Part shown: one piece after another, positions 1-10,860 of the stretch
Layout of the letters: every line of letters starts with the position of its first letter
Numbering within the stretch: the first letter of the stretch is position 1
Assembly (NCBI RefSeq): GCF_006345805.1
Contig: NC_043016.1
Coordinates: forward strand, 22,568,001-22,632,000
Direction of reading: 5' to 3'
DNA from: Octopus sinensis
Taxonomy: Eukaryota
DNA: 64,000 nt
The notes under the pieces: model-generated
Told to the model about the DNA's origin: nothing
Database searches by the model: none
What the model saw: the letters and a program-made list of their open reading frames with translations, nothing else
Program-made: the position numbers and the translations under genes

Positions 1-266
1 AAGAAGGAGGGAAGAGCCAGCAGCTTGTTTTAAAGCCATTTTGTAAATGTGTGTGTGCAAAAAAAAAAAAATGTCAATTTCAATGTAATAAACAGCAATT
101 TCACCCCGAAGGGGCAAAATTTCGCCCAACCGACGAGCTCCGCAAGAAGCCGGTCGGTTTGGCTACAAAAATATTAAAAAATATTCAAACCTATCAATAG
201 ATTTCCAATGAAATTGGTGTCAAATTCACGGAGCTCATTCACGTACGTCCATCGGCGTCAGAAGGA
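1..266 (-). mobile_element. 5' leader and ORF1 start of an L1/Tx1-type element (copy 0); the body runs off the left edge
   Basis: Clearly homologous to 2020-2247 and 4716-4935. The minus-strand ATG at 39 (MALKQAAGSSLLL) matches the position of MAMKRTVGC and MSLNREVSC in the other copies. A (TAT)n tract lies directly upstream. Confidence 0.75.
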
Positions 267-344
267 ATAATAATAATAATGATAATAATAATAATAATAA
301 TAATAATAATAGTCGTCGTCGTCGGCGGCGGCGGGGGGGGGGGA

Positions 345-2246
345 AATTTTGTTTGATTTCATTATATATTGTTTTGTTTATTTTTATTGTCAGAATGTGT
401 GCTGGTGGTGTGGTTTTTGTTGGTATAACAAAATCTGTTATACTTGTACTGGTTGTGTTTTTCAAATACTCAACCAGTTCTTGGTTTTTTGTATTTATTG
501 CTGTAAGTGCGTCTCTGTTTGTTTGTGTCTGTGGCAGTGGCAGTAGTGGTGTCGAAAGTGTTGTTGTTGTTTGTTGTTGTGAATGTGTGTTGTCGTTGAT
601 GTTGTTGTTGATGTTTGGAAGCACTATTTGTTCGTGCTTCCCCTGTATATCTTTTTGTTTTTTCCTCCGTTTCTTTTTTGGAGGCACTGTGCTCCATTCT
701 CCTTTGTTGGAATCAGAGCTCGCACAATCCGAGTACTCTTCATCCGGCAAAGGAATGGTTGAGGGGTCTGCTTCAGCAGCAGGACGAAAGGTTGTTGGTT
801 CCGCCGGTATCGGTGGTGCCGCTGCTCCTGTTGCTGTTGATGTTGCTGCTGTCGACCTTCAAGGTACTGGTGTCGGTGTTGGTTTGGTGGTTGTTGTTGT
901 TGGAGGTGGTGTTGTTCATCTTGGTGCTGGTGATGGTATTGGTGGTGTGGCAGCTTTTGGTGTTTCGTGTTGTTTCTGTTGTTGTTGTTGTTGTTGTTGT
1001 TGCTGCCTCTTGCTGTAAGCCTCCATTCTCTTTTTTTTTAATGGGGCAGTCCCTCTTTAAGTGGCTTTTGCAGCTGCAGAGGAAACATTTTGGCTTTCGC
1101 CCCTCTACATCAACGTTTAGCCTGGTGCCGTCCGGCAAACTCACGAAATCTGGGACCTTGCTGATATTTTCTTGCTGAATTTGAGCAAGAAGCAGCACTC
1201 CCATCCCCAACCAGTTTTTCTCCCTCACTCTCCTGACATCCAGAATGGTGGTAGTGTCCTCTATATCACAGAGGACAGCTGCCACCAGCCATGACATATC
1301 TAGTTCAGGGGGGGGCAAGGTCAATCTTTATTTTTGTCACTCTTCGCCCGAGGTGGGTTGGGACGAGTAACAAACTCTCAGTTTGCAAGGGCGAAATGGC
1401 GTTCGCCCTTGCTTGCTCCTCTGTTGGGAAGCGAACCTCCATGGTTCCGAAACGCTTCCCCTTGGTTACGTAGCTCTTTTGGGCCCAAATGGGCTTTAGA
1501 GCTATCTCTAACTGTTGGGGTGTGGCGTTTGTCATTTTTTTCAGTTTTCTATCGAAAACTGTGTATGTAATTGTTTTCCTGTTGGTGTTGTCAATTACAT
1601 CTTGTGGAGTATTGAGGAAGATGCTGTTGCCATCCTTCCTCAATAATTCCTTCGCTTTTTTTATGTCTTCTAAAGTTATCTTAACTTCGTCCGAAATTGC
1701 TTCGCAGCAGAAGCAAAATCGTTGGAAGTTTTTTCATTTTTCTCTGTGTTCATGTTTGTAATAATTTTGGTAATGTTTTTCCTTTCTCCTCCTTCCGTAC
1801 CAAAGCATTGGGTGAAGGAGAGGGGGAAAATCGGGAATTACGTCGAACGCGACGTCCTGGCTTGTATTCTCCTTTCGAACGGAGCGAGTGCTCTCCGGTT
1901 CGGAAGGAGGATCTTTGTTGCCTTTTAAGGCGTGAAGTGGTGTTTGGACGAGTTGTGTGTGTTTGCGGAGGGAATGTATTTGGAAGGAAGGACAGCCAAC
2001 TGTTCGCTTCATAGCCATGTTTTTTTTGTAATTTTCAAAATGTTTAAATGTTCAAATGTTCAAAATTTCAAAACGTAATTTCACCCCGAATGGGGCAAAA
2101 TTTTGCCTAACCAACCAGCTCTGCAAAGAGCTAGTCGGCTTGGCTACAAAATTATTAAAAAATATTAAGACTTATCAATAAATTTCCAATTAAATTGGTG
2201 CAAAAATCACAGAGCCTCCGGATACATGTCCATCAGCGTTGGAAGA

Positions 2247-2247
<1 letters not shown>
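345..2247 (-). mobile_element. L1/Tx1-type element copy A: 5' leader plus frameshifted ORF1, no ORF2
   Basis: ORF pieces 1734-2018, 1305-1643, 773-1324 and 235-750 join with frameshifts near 1720-1790 and 1310. CCHC knuckle EGRKPKCFLCSCKSHLKRDC. Colinear with copy B ORF1. Ends in a C-run and (TAT)n before ORF2 would begin. Confidence 0.85.
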
Positions 2248-2294
<47 letters not shown>

Positions 2295-2295
2295 T

Positions 2296-4935
2296 CGTTT
2301 TATTGGGCACAAGGGCTGACAAAAATCAATCAAAACATGTAGGGACAAAACACAGAACGAAAGTTACAAAGGGTTTTGTCCGTCTGAAAAAAATCCGTGT
2401 AAAAATGTGCAATAACAACGAAAATATGTAACAAGTAAAAACTCCCAATAGGGGGGGGGGCGCTTCGAAAGGTTACTCGTGGAAAAACCCATAAAAGCCA
2501 CGGGAGCCTGGTCAAAAGGGAGCGGAGTGGGTGGGTAGAAAGCACCCTTTCTCCTTTTAAATTACCTTTTTTTTCATCACTGGTGTATTCTCAGAATTGG
2601 AAACCTCCAGACGCTTGAAATAATTGGACTGCCCTGCTCCTCTCCGAGCGTAGGCAGCGAGCAGTCTGAAAGCACCGCCGTCACTACCGTCTACGTCGAG
2701 GACCACCAACTTACCTTCTGGATCCAGGAAGACTGTCCTTATTTTCAAATCCAGGCCCTTCCGAAACAACACCGCAGTACCACCACTGCCCGCTCCCGGC
2801 TGACACGGAGATAGAAAAATCTCGTATCCGCCGAAAGGGCTGCGAGTTCCTGCTGGTTGGAGAGCCTGGTTTCGCTAATGGCTGCTACATCCACTCTATG
2901 AAACCTCAGGTCGACAGGTGACCCGAGGCCTCTCACATTTAAGCTACCGATTCTGAGTTTTGCCATGTTTTAAAAGGTTAAGAAGGAGAAAAAGGCTCTA
3001 CTTTCTGTTATTGGTGTTGTTTGGTGGGGCGGCTCCCTTGTGCTTTAGCATGGGTGTTTCCACCAGGTTTTTGTAGAGTTTTTTCGAGAAATTTCTCCCT
3101 AACGACCTGACGTCGTTAGGGGATTTCTCCTTGATTTCATTATATTTTTCTTCATTTATTTTTATGGTGAGAATGTGTGCTGGTGGTGTGTTGTGTGTTG
3201 GTATAACGAAATCAGTAATTTTAATGTCTGTGTTTTGTTTCAGGTATGTGACAAGTTGTTCATTTTTTGTGTTTATAGCTGTTACGGTGTGTGTATGTGT
3301 TAGTGTGTGTGGCAGTAATGGTGGAGAAAATGTTGTTTGTTGTTGTGAGTGCATGTCATTGATGTTGGGAAGCACTATTTGTTCGCGCTTCCCTTGTGTG
3401 TTATGTGTTTCTTTTTGTTTTTTTTCGTCTTTTCTTTTTCGGTGGCACCGTGTGCCACTCCTCTTTCTCGCTATCAGTGCTTGCACAATCCGAGCTGTCC
3501 TAATCTGGAAAGGGGACATTTGTTGGGTCCGTTTCAACAGTTTGTCGAAAAACAGTTACATTTGTTGGAAACGGTGCTGTTGCTGCAATTGTTGGTGTTG
3601 GTGACGGTGCCGGTGCTTCTTTCTGGGTGGTCCTTCTTGGTGTTGGTGTTGGTTGGTGGTGGCTGGAGGTGGTGTCGCTCTTCGTGGTGGTGGTGATGGT
3701 GTTGGTGGTGTGGCAATTTTCAGTGTGTTACGCTGTTGTTTTTGTTGTTGTTGTAATGTCTTCTTTTTCTCTGCTTCCATTCTTTGTTGCAAATGGAGCA
3801 GTCTTTCTTCAGATGCTTTTTGCTGCTGCAGAGGTAGCATTTTGGCCTTCGCCCCTCTACAGCAACGTGCAATCTGGTGCCGTCGGGCAAATTTACACCG
3901 TCAGGTATGGAATTTATGTTTTTCCTGCTGGATTTGTGCCAGCTGCTGCACTCCCATACCTGACCATTTCCTCTCCCGCAGCCTGTGTACTTCCAGAATA
4001 GTGGCAGTGTCCTCTATGTCATAAAGGACAGCTGCCACCAGCCAAGATATACTTAACTCGAGCACCTGGTCAATTTTGATTTTTGTTTCTCGCCGACCAA
4101 GGTATGTCGGTACGAGCAACAAACTTTCTGTCTGCAAGGGCGAAATGGCATGCTTCCTTGCATCCTCCTCCGTTGGGAATCGAACCTCCATAGCTCTTTT
4201 GACCCCAAATGGGCTTTAGAGCTATTTCTAGTTGTTGTGTTGCTTATTTTTCTATATTTTCTTTCGAAAATCTTGTAGATGATTGTCTTCCTGTATTAGT
4301 TCTTGAGGAGTATTCAGGAATACGCTGTTCCCTTCTTTCCTCAATAAACCTTTTGCAGTTTTAATTTCTTCCATCGTAACTTTTATTTCCTCCGAGCTCT
4401 TCTTTGCAGCGGAGACAAAACCGTTACGATGATTTTCATTAGTGTTGTTGCTGGTCATTACTTGTCTTTCCGCCTTCTCCGGTACTGGAGCATTGGTGGA
4501 GGGAAGAGCAGGAAAATCTTCAATGACGTCAAAAGTGACGCCTTCTTTTGCATTGTCATATTGAACGCTTCATGTGCCGGCACGTGCTTTCAAAATTTTT
4601 TTTGTTGCCTTTAAGGTGCAAAATGGGCGGTTTGGAGCCATTTTCGAAATTGTCTGTGTTTGTGGAGGGTGTGGTGTTTGAAGAAGGGAACAGCTAACTT
4701 CTCTATTCAAAGACATTTTTTGTTAAATGTGTATGTTTGCAAAAATTTAAAAGTTCAAACTGTAATTTTACCCCTAATGGGATAAAATTTTGCCTAACCA
4801 ACAAGCTCCGCAAGAAGTTAGTTAGCTTGGCCACACAAATATACAAAAATATTTAAACTTTTTACAAAATTTCAGGCAGAAATGGTCCAAAAACTTATGA
4901 GCTTCGGGAAAACACGTCCGTCCACTTCGGAAGCT
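2296..4935 (-). mobile_element. L1/Tx1-type element copy B: degraded ORF1, N-terminal APE stub of ORF2, 3' UTR with AATAAA and (TAT)n tail
   Basis: ORF1 pieces 4252-4458, 3901-4191 and 2998-3537, with knuckle EGRRPKCYLCSSKKHLKKDC near 3810-3860. ORF2 starts MAKLRIGSLNVRGL at 2966 and continues ETRL and EGKLVVLDV...RLLAAYA, then stops near 2560. AATAAA at 2299-2304 (minus) precedes the tail at 2247-2295. Confidence 0.87.
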
Positions 4936-5073
4936 ATAATAATAATAAGAGAGTGGTGAGAGAGAGAGAAAGAGAAAGATATTGCAGATAATATTTACGC
5001 TTCCGCAAATATGCGGTGGTTTCCTTGAACAATTATAACTGGGAACCGCAAATAACTGGGGGTACACTGTTTG

Positions 5074-5134
<61 letters not shown>

Positions 5135-5255
5135 AGGTGTACTCGCAGAGCAAGTGATTTGATCTGAGATCATGTGCTGGAACAAAAACAATTGCAGCGT
5201 GGAAGGAGTTTCTTAAATGGCTTACAAACACCTTCCACGCTGCAATTATATATAT

Positions 5256-5400
5256 ATACTATTTACATTATTTACATTTGACAGATATTTGTCCTCATCT
5301 TGCTTGTTGTTAACACAACGTTTCGGCTGATATACCCTCCAGCCTTCATCAGGTGTCTAGGGGAAATTTCGAACCTGGAAATTCTCTTTCATAAGGTATT
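5256..5400 (-). repeat. Dispersed repeat carrying a hammerhead motif, probably a Penelope-like terminal repeat; second copy at about 17875-17980
   Basis: Near-identical blocks acattatttacatttgac.gatatttgtcctcatcttg.ttgttgttaacacaa.gtttc...ttcatcaggtgtct.ggggaaatttcgaa at both sites. Confidence 0.7.
5312..5357 (-). ncRNA. Minimal type I hammerhead ribozyme motif
   Basis: Minus strand reads gacac-CTGATGA-a-ggctg-gagggtatat-cagcc-GAAA-cgtt-gtgtt. Stem I gacac/gtgtt, stem II ggctg/cagcc, palindromic ACGT in place of stem III, GUU triplet. There is one extra A after the core, and activity is not shown. Confidence 0.65.
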
Positions 5401-5440
5401 TTTCAATTATCATCGCAACCTAGAGTTTCCCCTAAGGTGT

Positions 5441-7023
5441 TATGGCGGTTTTTAGTTTTTCTACCTTAAGCTTTCTCTTAGGTTATATTATTTTATTTGG
5501 CTTTTTTTCTGAGTAAGGGATAATATAATGATTAATGTCACTTATACTTAAGTGTTATCATTATACCCAAAACCCTAACTACAGTATATAACATCATAGA
5601 GACATATACACATGAAACGCTATGAATATTAACGACATATATGTTGAATATTTTCTTCGTGTCCTTTTAACCGCTATAAGAAAACATAAATTAAGGATTA
5701 CAGAAATGCATACTTATTTATGCTCAGTTGAAAAACAAACGTGAAGAGAAACATTTTCTTTTAATTAGTTTTATTATATAAATATAACATTTTATATTAT
5801 TTACAGTAGGAAAGAAAGATAATTTTGTCGTGTAGAAGAACGACTATAAATTCATTAACTAATTCTTAATTCTAACTAATACATTAATCTACAAATCAAA
5901 ATAGACTTGTGATTAACATTAGACATGGCATGAAAATTACCGATGTCTCAAAAGAGTGAGTGTCGTGAAGTTCAGTGACATCCAACAAACACTGAAGTTT
6001 TTCCCAAAATCCAGGGTTTTTATAACTGCTCAACTTGACTTAAAAGAATCGAAATCCATGACAAATATTCTTTACGAAACTTTTAGAATCTTTATATGAG
6101 CAGTTATATTAACCAATGGAAAAAAAAACGAAAATAATAATTCTTCGGCAAAGACATTATGTCATATTGCCAATTCGCGCCATATTTCAAAATGGCTAAA
6201 ATGTTTATTGCTACAGTATCGTTACATTCCGACTCTTCCAACCCTTTATAGAAAGATGCGGTTGAACCACCACTGCTGGCATTGCCCGAGCGACGGAATA
6301 GCAGGTAAACTATGTACCTATGGCGGTTTGGTTACTGTTAGTGTAACGCTACTTTTATATGTTTCCTATTTGGAAATAGATAATAAATATATTTTACTCT
6401 TGAAGTAGGAATATATATTGATAAACACGTCACTTATAACTTACTTATAAGTGTTATCATTAAACATAAATCCTGACTCCAGCTACATAAACACCATAAC
6501 GAGAAATATATTCTCTGAAACGCTGACATTTTATGTGTGCATGTATGTCAAAGATAAATAAATTTGTGTTCGTTTAACCGCTATAAAAAAAGTACAGTTT
6601 CATAATTACAGAAATAAATTTCATTAACAAGTTGAAGAACGTGCAGAAAGAGAAAATAATTACTACATTAGTTTACTTATGTACATTTAGCATTTATAGT
6701 ACAATTGGAAAGTAAAGTCATTTTGTCGTAGAGAATTACGACTTAAAATTCACACTAGCTAATCCTTCACACTAACTACTAGAGTTCACAACAATTCAAA
6801 TAAGTCTTGTTGGATTTTTATCATAGACATGGCATGAAAATTAGCCAATATCTCAAAGAGTGAGTGTCATGGAGTTTAGTAACATCCCACAAATGCTAAA
6901 GTTTTCCCCAAAATCCAGGGTTTTTATAACTACTCATCTTGACTTTAAAGAATGGAAATCTTATAAAAATATTCTTTTACTAATTTTCAGAATTCCTATA
7001 TGAGTAGTTATTTCAACCAATGG
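5441..7023. repeat. Diverged direct duplication, period about 880-905 bp (5441-6119 vs 6319-7023), of unknown origin
   Basis: Shared anchors tatggcggttt, aagtgttatcatta, tttaaccgctataa, ttttgtcgt, tagacatggcatgaaaatta, ttttcccaaaatccagggtttttataact and aaccaatgg in the same order. Confidence 0.8.
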
Positions 7024-7189
7024 GAAAGCGACAATCATATTTCCTTGGAAATACGACATTACCTCACATTACCAGATGCCACAAGTTGGCTCCACTATTT
7101 GAAAGGATGCATGCTACATAGCCAACTTCAATCTACGATAGAACCAGGTTTCCCATCCACCGAAACCAGTGAACTTGGGAAGCATCTGT

Positions 7190-9700
7190 TTCACAAGCAG
7201 AGACCACACTCGTTCACTCGTTCACACGGTTCATAGCAGCAAATAGAGCATTTCACAAGCGGTTTCGAGCCCCTCCACAAGAAGCGGAAGAGCTGTCTTT
7301 CCAGCTTGATTAACCATGAATCAGAGCAAGGAACAACAGTTAGGCGGTAAATGATGACCGATACGATAAACACATTGGCCACCTCCGCGCTCCCTTTCAG
7401 GGATAGCTACCACTAAGACCAGGTCTTGATTACGTGGGTCATGCTGCTCGAAACCTCAGCCCAGTTCTTCTCTGTCTGGATGTACGAACCAAACCAGACC
7501 CCTAATAACTTAATCGGACCCTCCGTCCAACGTCTCACGACACTGTCAGGAGGCATTGACTTAGCCCTCCTGGTGCCGAGCTGCAAGCCGACTGACTTTT
7601 CACGATTAATCTTTGCTCCTGCCACCGTCTCGTAATCCTTAATGACCTCATCTACTCTCTGTAGGTGCTCCATTTTGGTCACAATGATAGTGACGTCATC
7701 CGTGTATGCTGAAACCAATTTTACACAACCTGGCTCTCTCGGGATGCCACTTAACTTTCGCAGCAATGGCTCAAGAGCCAGCACATAGAAAAGTGGCGAG
7801 AGTGGTTACCCTTGGTGAACTGAGCGTTTGATGCAGAACGGCTTTGACAGAAAACCGTTCACCCAAACGATGGAGTCGATGTTGTAATATACTGATATGG
7901 TCCACTAAGGAAGCCAAGACCCAGGCCGAACTGTACAAGAACAGACACCAGGTAACGATAGTCAACCCTATTGAAAGCTTTTGCTTGGCCTAAATGGACC
8001 AGTGCCCCCCTTGCCAGGTTTAAATCCCTCTAAGGTGTAATGCAGAAGGTGGAGATTATCCCGAATGGTTCTGTCAGGAATGTCACATATGTGTGCCTCC
8101 CCAACCAAACCATCCACGACACACACCAACTTTTTTGCTAACACTTTGACCAAAATCTTAAGCTCTCTGTTTAGCAGAGTGGGCATAAAATTATCAATGG
8201 AATACTCCTTGTCCGTGTTCTTTCTGACTAGCGTTACCACTCCCCGGCACAGAGATCTGAGAATATACCCATTCTGCTGCCAGTTCGTATAAACACTTGC
8301 CAGTAGGTGCCCGAACAAGTCTGGCATACTCTTGTATAACTTGTAGAGTAGACTATCCATTCCTGGCGCCCTACCCATGCCGCAGTCCATCATAGCCTCT
8401 ACCTCTTCTTAGGGTGTGATCGGCCCTTCACAACACTCCGTATCCTGCCGCAAAAGACGCGGCAACCCGGCGAGGAAGTCCGTTAGGTCCCTCCTACTCT
8501 CCGGCCCATTGCTTCCTCCAAAAAACTGAGCAAAGTGTTCCTGAAAGGTCTTGCATATTTCCTCGGGTTCGTTTGTCAACTCACCTTGTTGGTTCACCAA
8601 AGATCGAATTGTGATATCATTGGGTTTCCACCACTTGGGCTCATCCAGCGGCCCTGATTCCCTCGCACCCACTGCACCAAGTCTAGCTCTGACAATGCAC
8701 CCCATGTATTTGATTTCGAGGTGCTGGTTTAATTCCAATCTCCTCGCATTTACCTGGGATGCAGAGTCATTCCTCATTGCCTCCTCTACGGTCTTAACTA
8801 GGTCTTGTTCCCTCCTAGTCACTTTAGCCACTTATGCTATATTTAATAGACCCATATTTAATGGCTTGTTTGAGGGCATACCACCATTTGTTGATTATAA
8901 TGGTTCCAGTTAATGCCCTCTGTATTAGTAACTTAATCCATATTCTGTACTCAATCGCCAAAAGGGACATATTAAGCTTCCAGTAGCTGGAACCTCTACT
9001 ATATTGCTTATCTATGTCAAGCTTACAAGTGACAGGCTTTTGATCACTGTAGCTAACCAGGTGGAACTGTGGATACTTAGCTATATTTCTGTCTATTTTT
9101 CTAATTAAAATCCTATCTATGTATGACCTGGAAGACCCGTCCACAATGGAGCGTTCGGGAATTCCTGTCTATATGGATTTGGTAGATGAAAGCGACTTAG
9201 CAGATCCCGAAGGCAAGGATTACATTTCCTATCCTTGTTTGAACCAATATAATCCACACGTGCATCGCAGATTGTGTTATAGTCTCCTAACAAAACTAGT
9301 GGATGTAACGTACCCAGAAACTTTTTCAGGTCACGAAAATACTTACTTTGACCAATTGAATTGGGTGCATAAATTGCAACCAGTCTGATAGTCTTGCCAC
9401 AACTGAACGTCAAATCCATGTCGACCAGCCTATCTTCTGGGTAAAAAAAATTAACTTTTTATTTGAAACCCGGTTTCTTTTTATTAGGACCAACACCCCA
9501 GTTCTGCCCGTAGAACGGCTTGGAGAAATGAATTTCTCGTAACCGTCCAGGAGCGGAAGCAGCTCTCTTGGTCCCTTTAACCAGGTTTCAGTAGCAACAA
9601 TAACATGCAAATTACACGACCTGATGTCATTTAGGAAGCGCTCTTGCTTACAGCTCGACGTCAGGTTACGCACATTTAAACAACCCACATGAATACTCAA
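7190..9700 (-). pseudogene. ORF2 (APE endonuclease + reverse transcriptase) of L1/Tx1-type copy C, with many stops and frameshifts, 3'-truncated
   Basis: APE motifs CLNVRNL, ATETW, RLVAIYAPN, LLGDYN, SYIDRILI, SYWKLN. RT motifs APGMDSL, TLLNRELKIL, RSVHQGYPLSPL, SAYTDDVTI. Ends shortly after a GGLGL-like CGLCL near 7195. Confidence 0.9.
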
Positions 9701-9729
9701 TGCAACCTACCTTAATCAGTGGTAAGAGG

Positions 9730-10860
9730 TGGATTCTCATTCACCACTTTTTCTTTGACATGGGCTTGCAGGGTTTGATGGGTTAGGCCGTCATAAGTCT
9801 GCAGAGAGTAATCTTTCTGCAGTGGGCCTTTGTCATGGTAAAATTCTGACTTTAATCTGCGATAGTTTTTTTTGTCGATTTTATAAATACCAAAGTCTTC
9901 AGTTGAAATTTCGTCGCCCGTTTGGCAGTCGGGATGACTGCTAAACGGTTTAATAATCTCCTATTTGATGCTTTCACAGCCATCATATTTTCGCTTTTCT
10001 TTTCTGTAGTTGTTTTTTTTTTTGCCTTTTTATTTTCCTGAGTGTTGGTGGGTTTTGAAGAGGAGGTTTGGATGATTTTTCTTTTTACAGGTGTCCAACC
10101 CTTCTTTTCTCTCCTTCCTTGTTACTGCTGCTTTCCTCCTGAGTTGTGTTGATGGTACTGCTGTTATTGCTATTTCCTTCTCTTCTTCCTCATCTGATTC
10201 TTCTCAAGGAGGGTTACATTCAGCCCTTATGTGGCCTACCTTGCCACAATTAAAGCATCTAGGTTTCCTTCCTTCCGCAGAGACGACCAGTCTAGCCTCT
10301 CCCCTCGAATGACTTCTGGAATTTCTTCCAATGTTGGGGGCTCGGCTTCTATTAGAATGTTAAGGCTTTGCCCCTGGCAATTTTCTTTCTCTGTAACCGT
10401 CGCTTAGATGAGTGTTATCTTCTCCTCCAAGTCTATGGTTGTGGCTGCTGCTAACCAGCATATAGATGGGGAGAAGAACTACCTCTTCTGTTTTTAGCGT
10501 GTTAGTGGAGTGGTATCTTGCTTTTTCTTCAGTTGCAAACCTTCGGTCGTTGCAAACTTCTTGGCTCTTGTTATATAAGTGATGTCTGACCATATCGTTT
10601 TTAATCATTTCCTACCGATTCTTCTGACACTTTGTCGATCGTTTTGTTTTTATGCTGTAAATTTTGTATATTATCGTCGACTTATTGGTGGTTTCGGTTA
10701 TCATGGTTGGATGCGCCTCCTTGACCTCTGATCCCTCCTTTTTTAAATTATCTTTGTACTTGGCAAGTTCATTCTTTTCAATATTTAGTTCCTTTTTTTT
10801 CACCAGACGTCGCTGCAAAACTCAATTTTTTCAGTGACACTGCCAGCGAATCTTTTTTTT
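9730..10860 (-). pseudogene. ORF1 of L1/Tx1-type copy C, degraded
   Basis: RFATEEKARYHSTNTLKTEEVVLLPIY parallels RFPTEEQARANAISPLQTESLLLVPTH of copy A. Knuckle EGRKPRCFNCGKVGHIRAEC at about 10225-10280. Confidence 0.8.

Noticed and set aside
97-236. HDV-like ribozyme model for the 5' leader
   Set aside because: Copy A has a 7-bp P1-like helix with a terminal G-U, then GG and GGCAAA, but I could not build convincing P2, P3 or L3, and GG is not kept in copies 0 and B. Retained only as an unassigned structured leader.
353-4024. Plus-strand ORFs such as 353-1018, 615-1178, 3131-3604 and 3627-4001 as membrane proteins
   Set aside because: They are antisense shadows of low-complexity ORF1 linkers.
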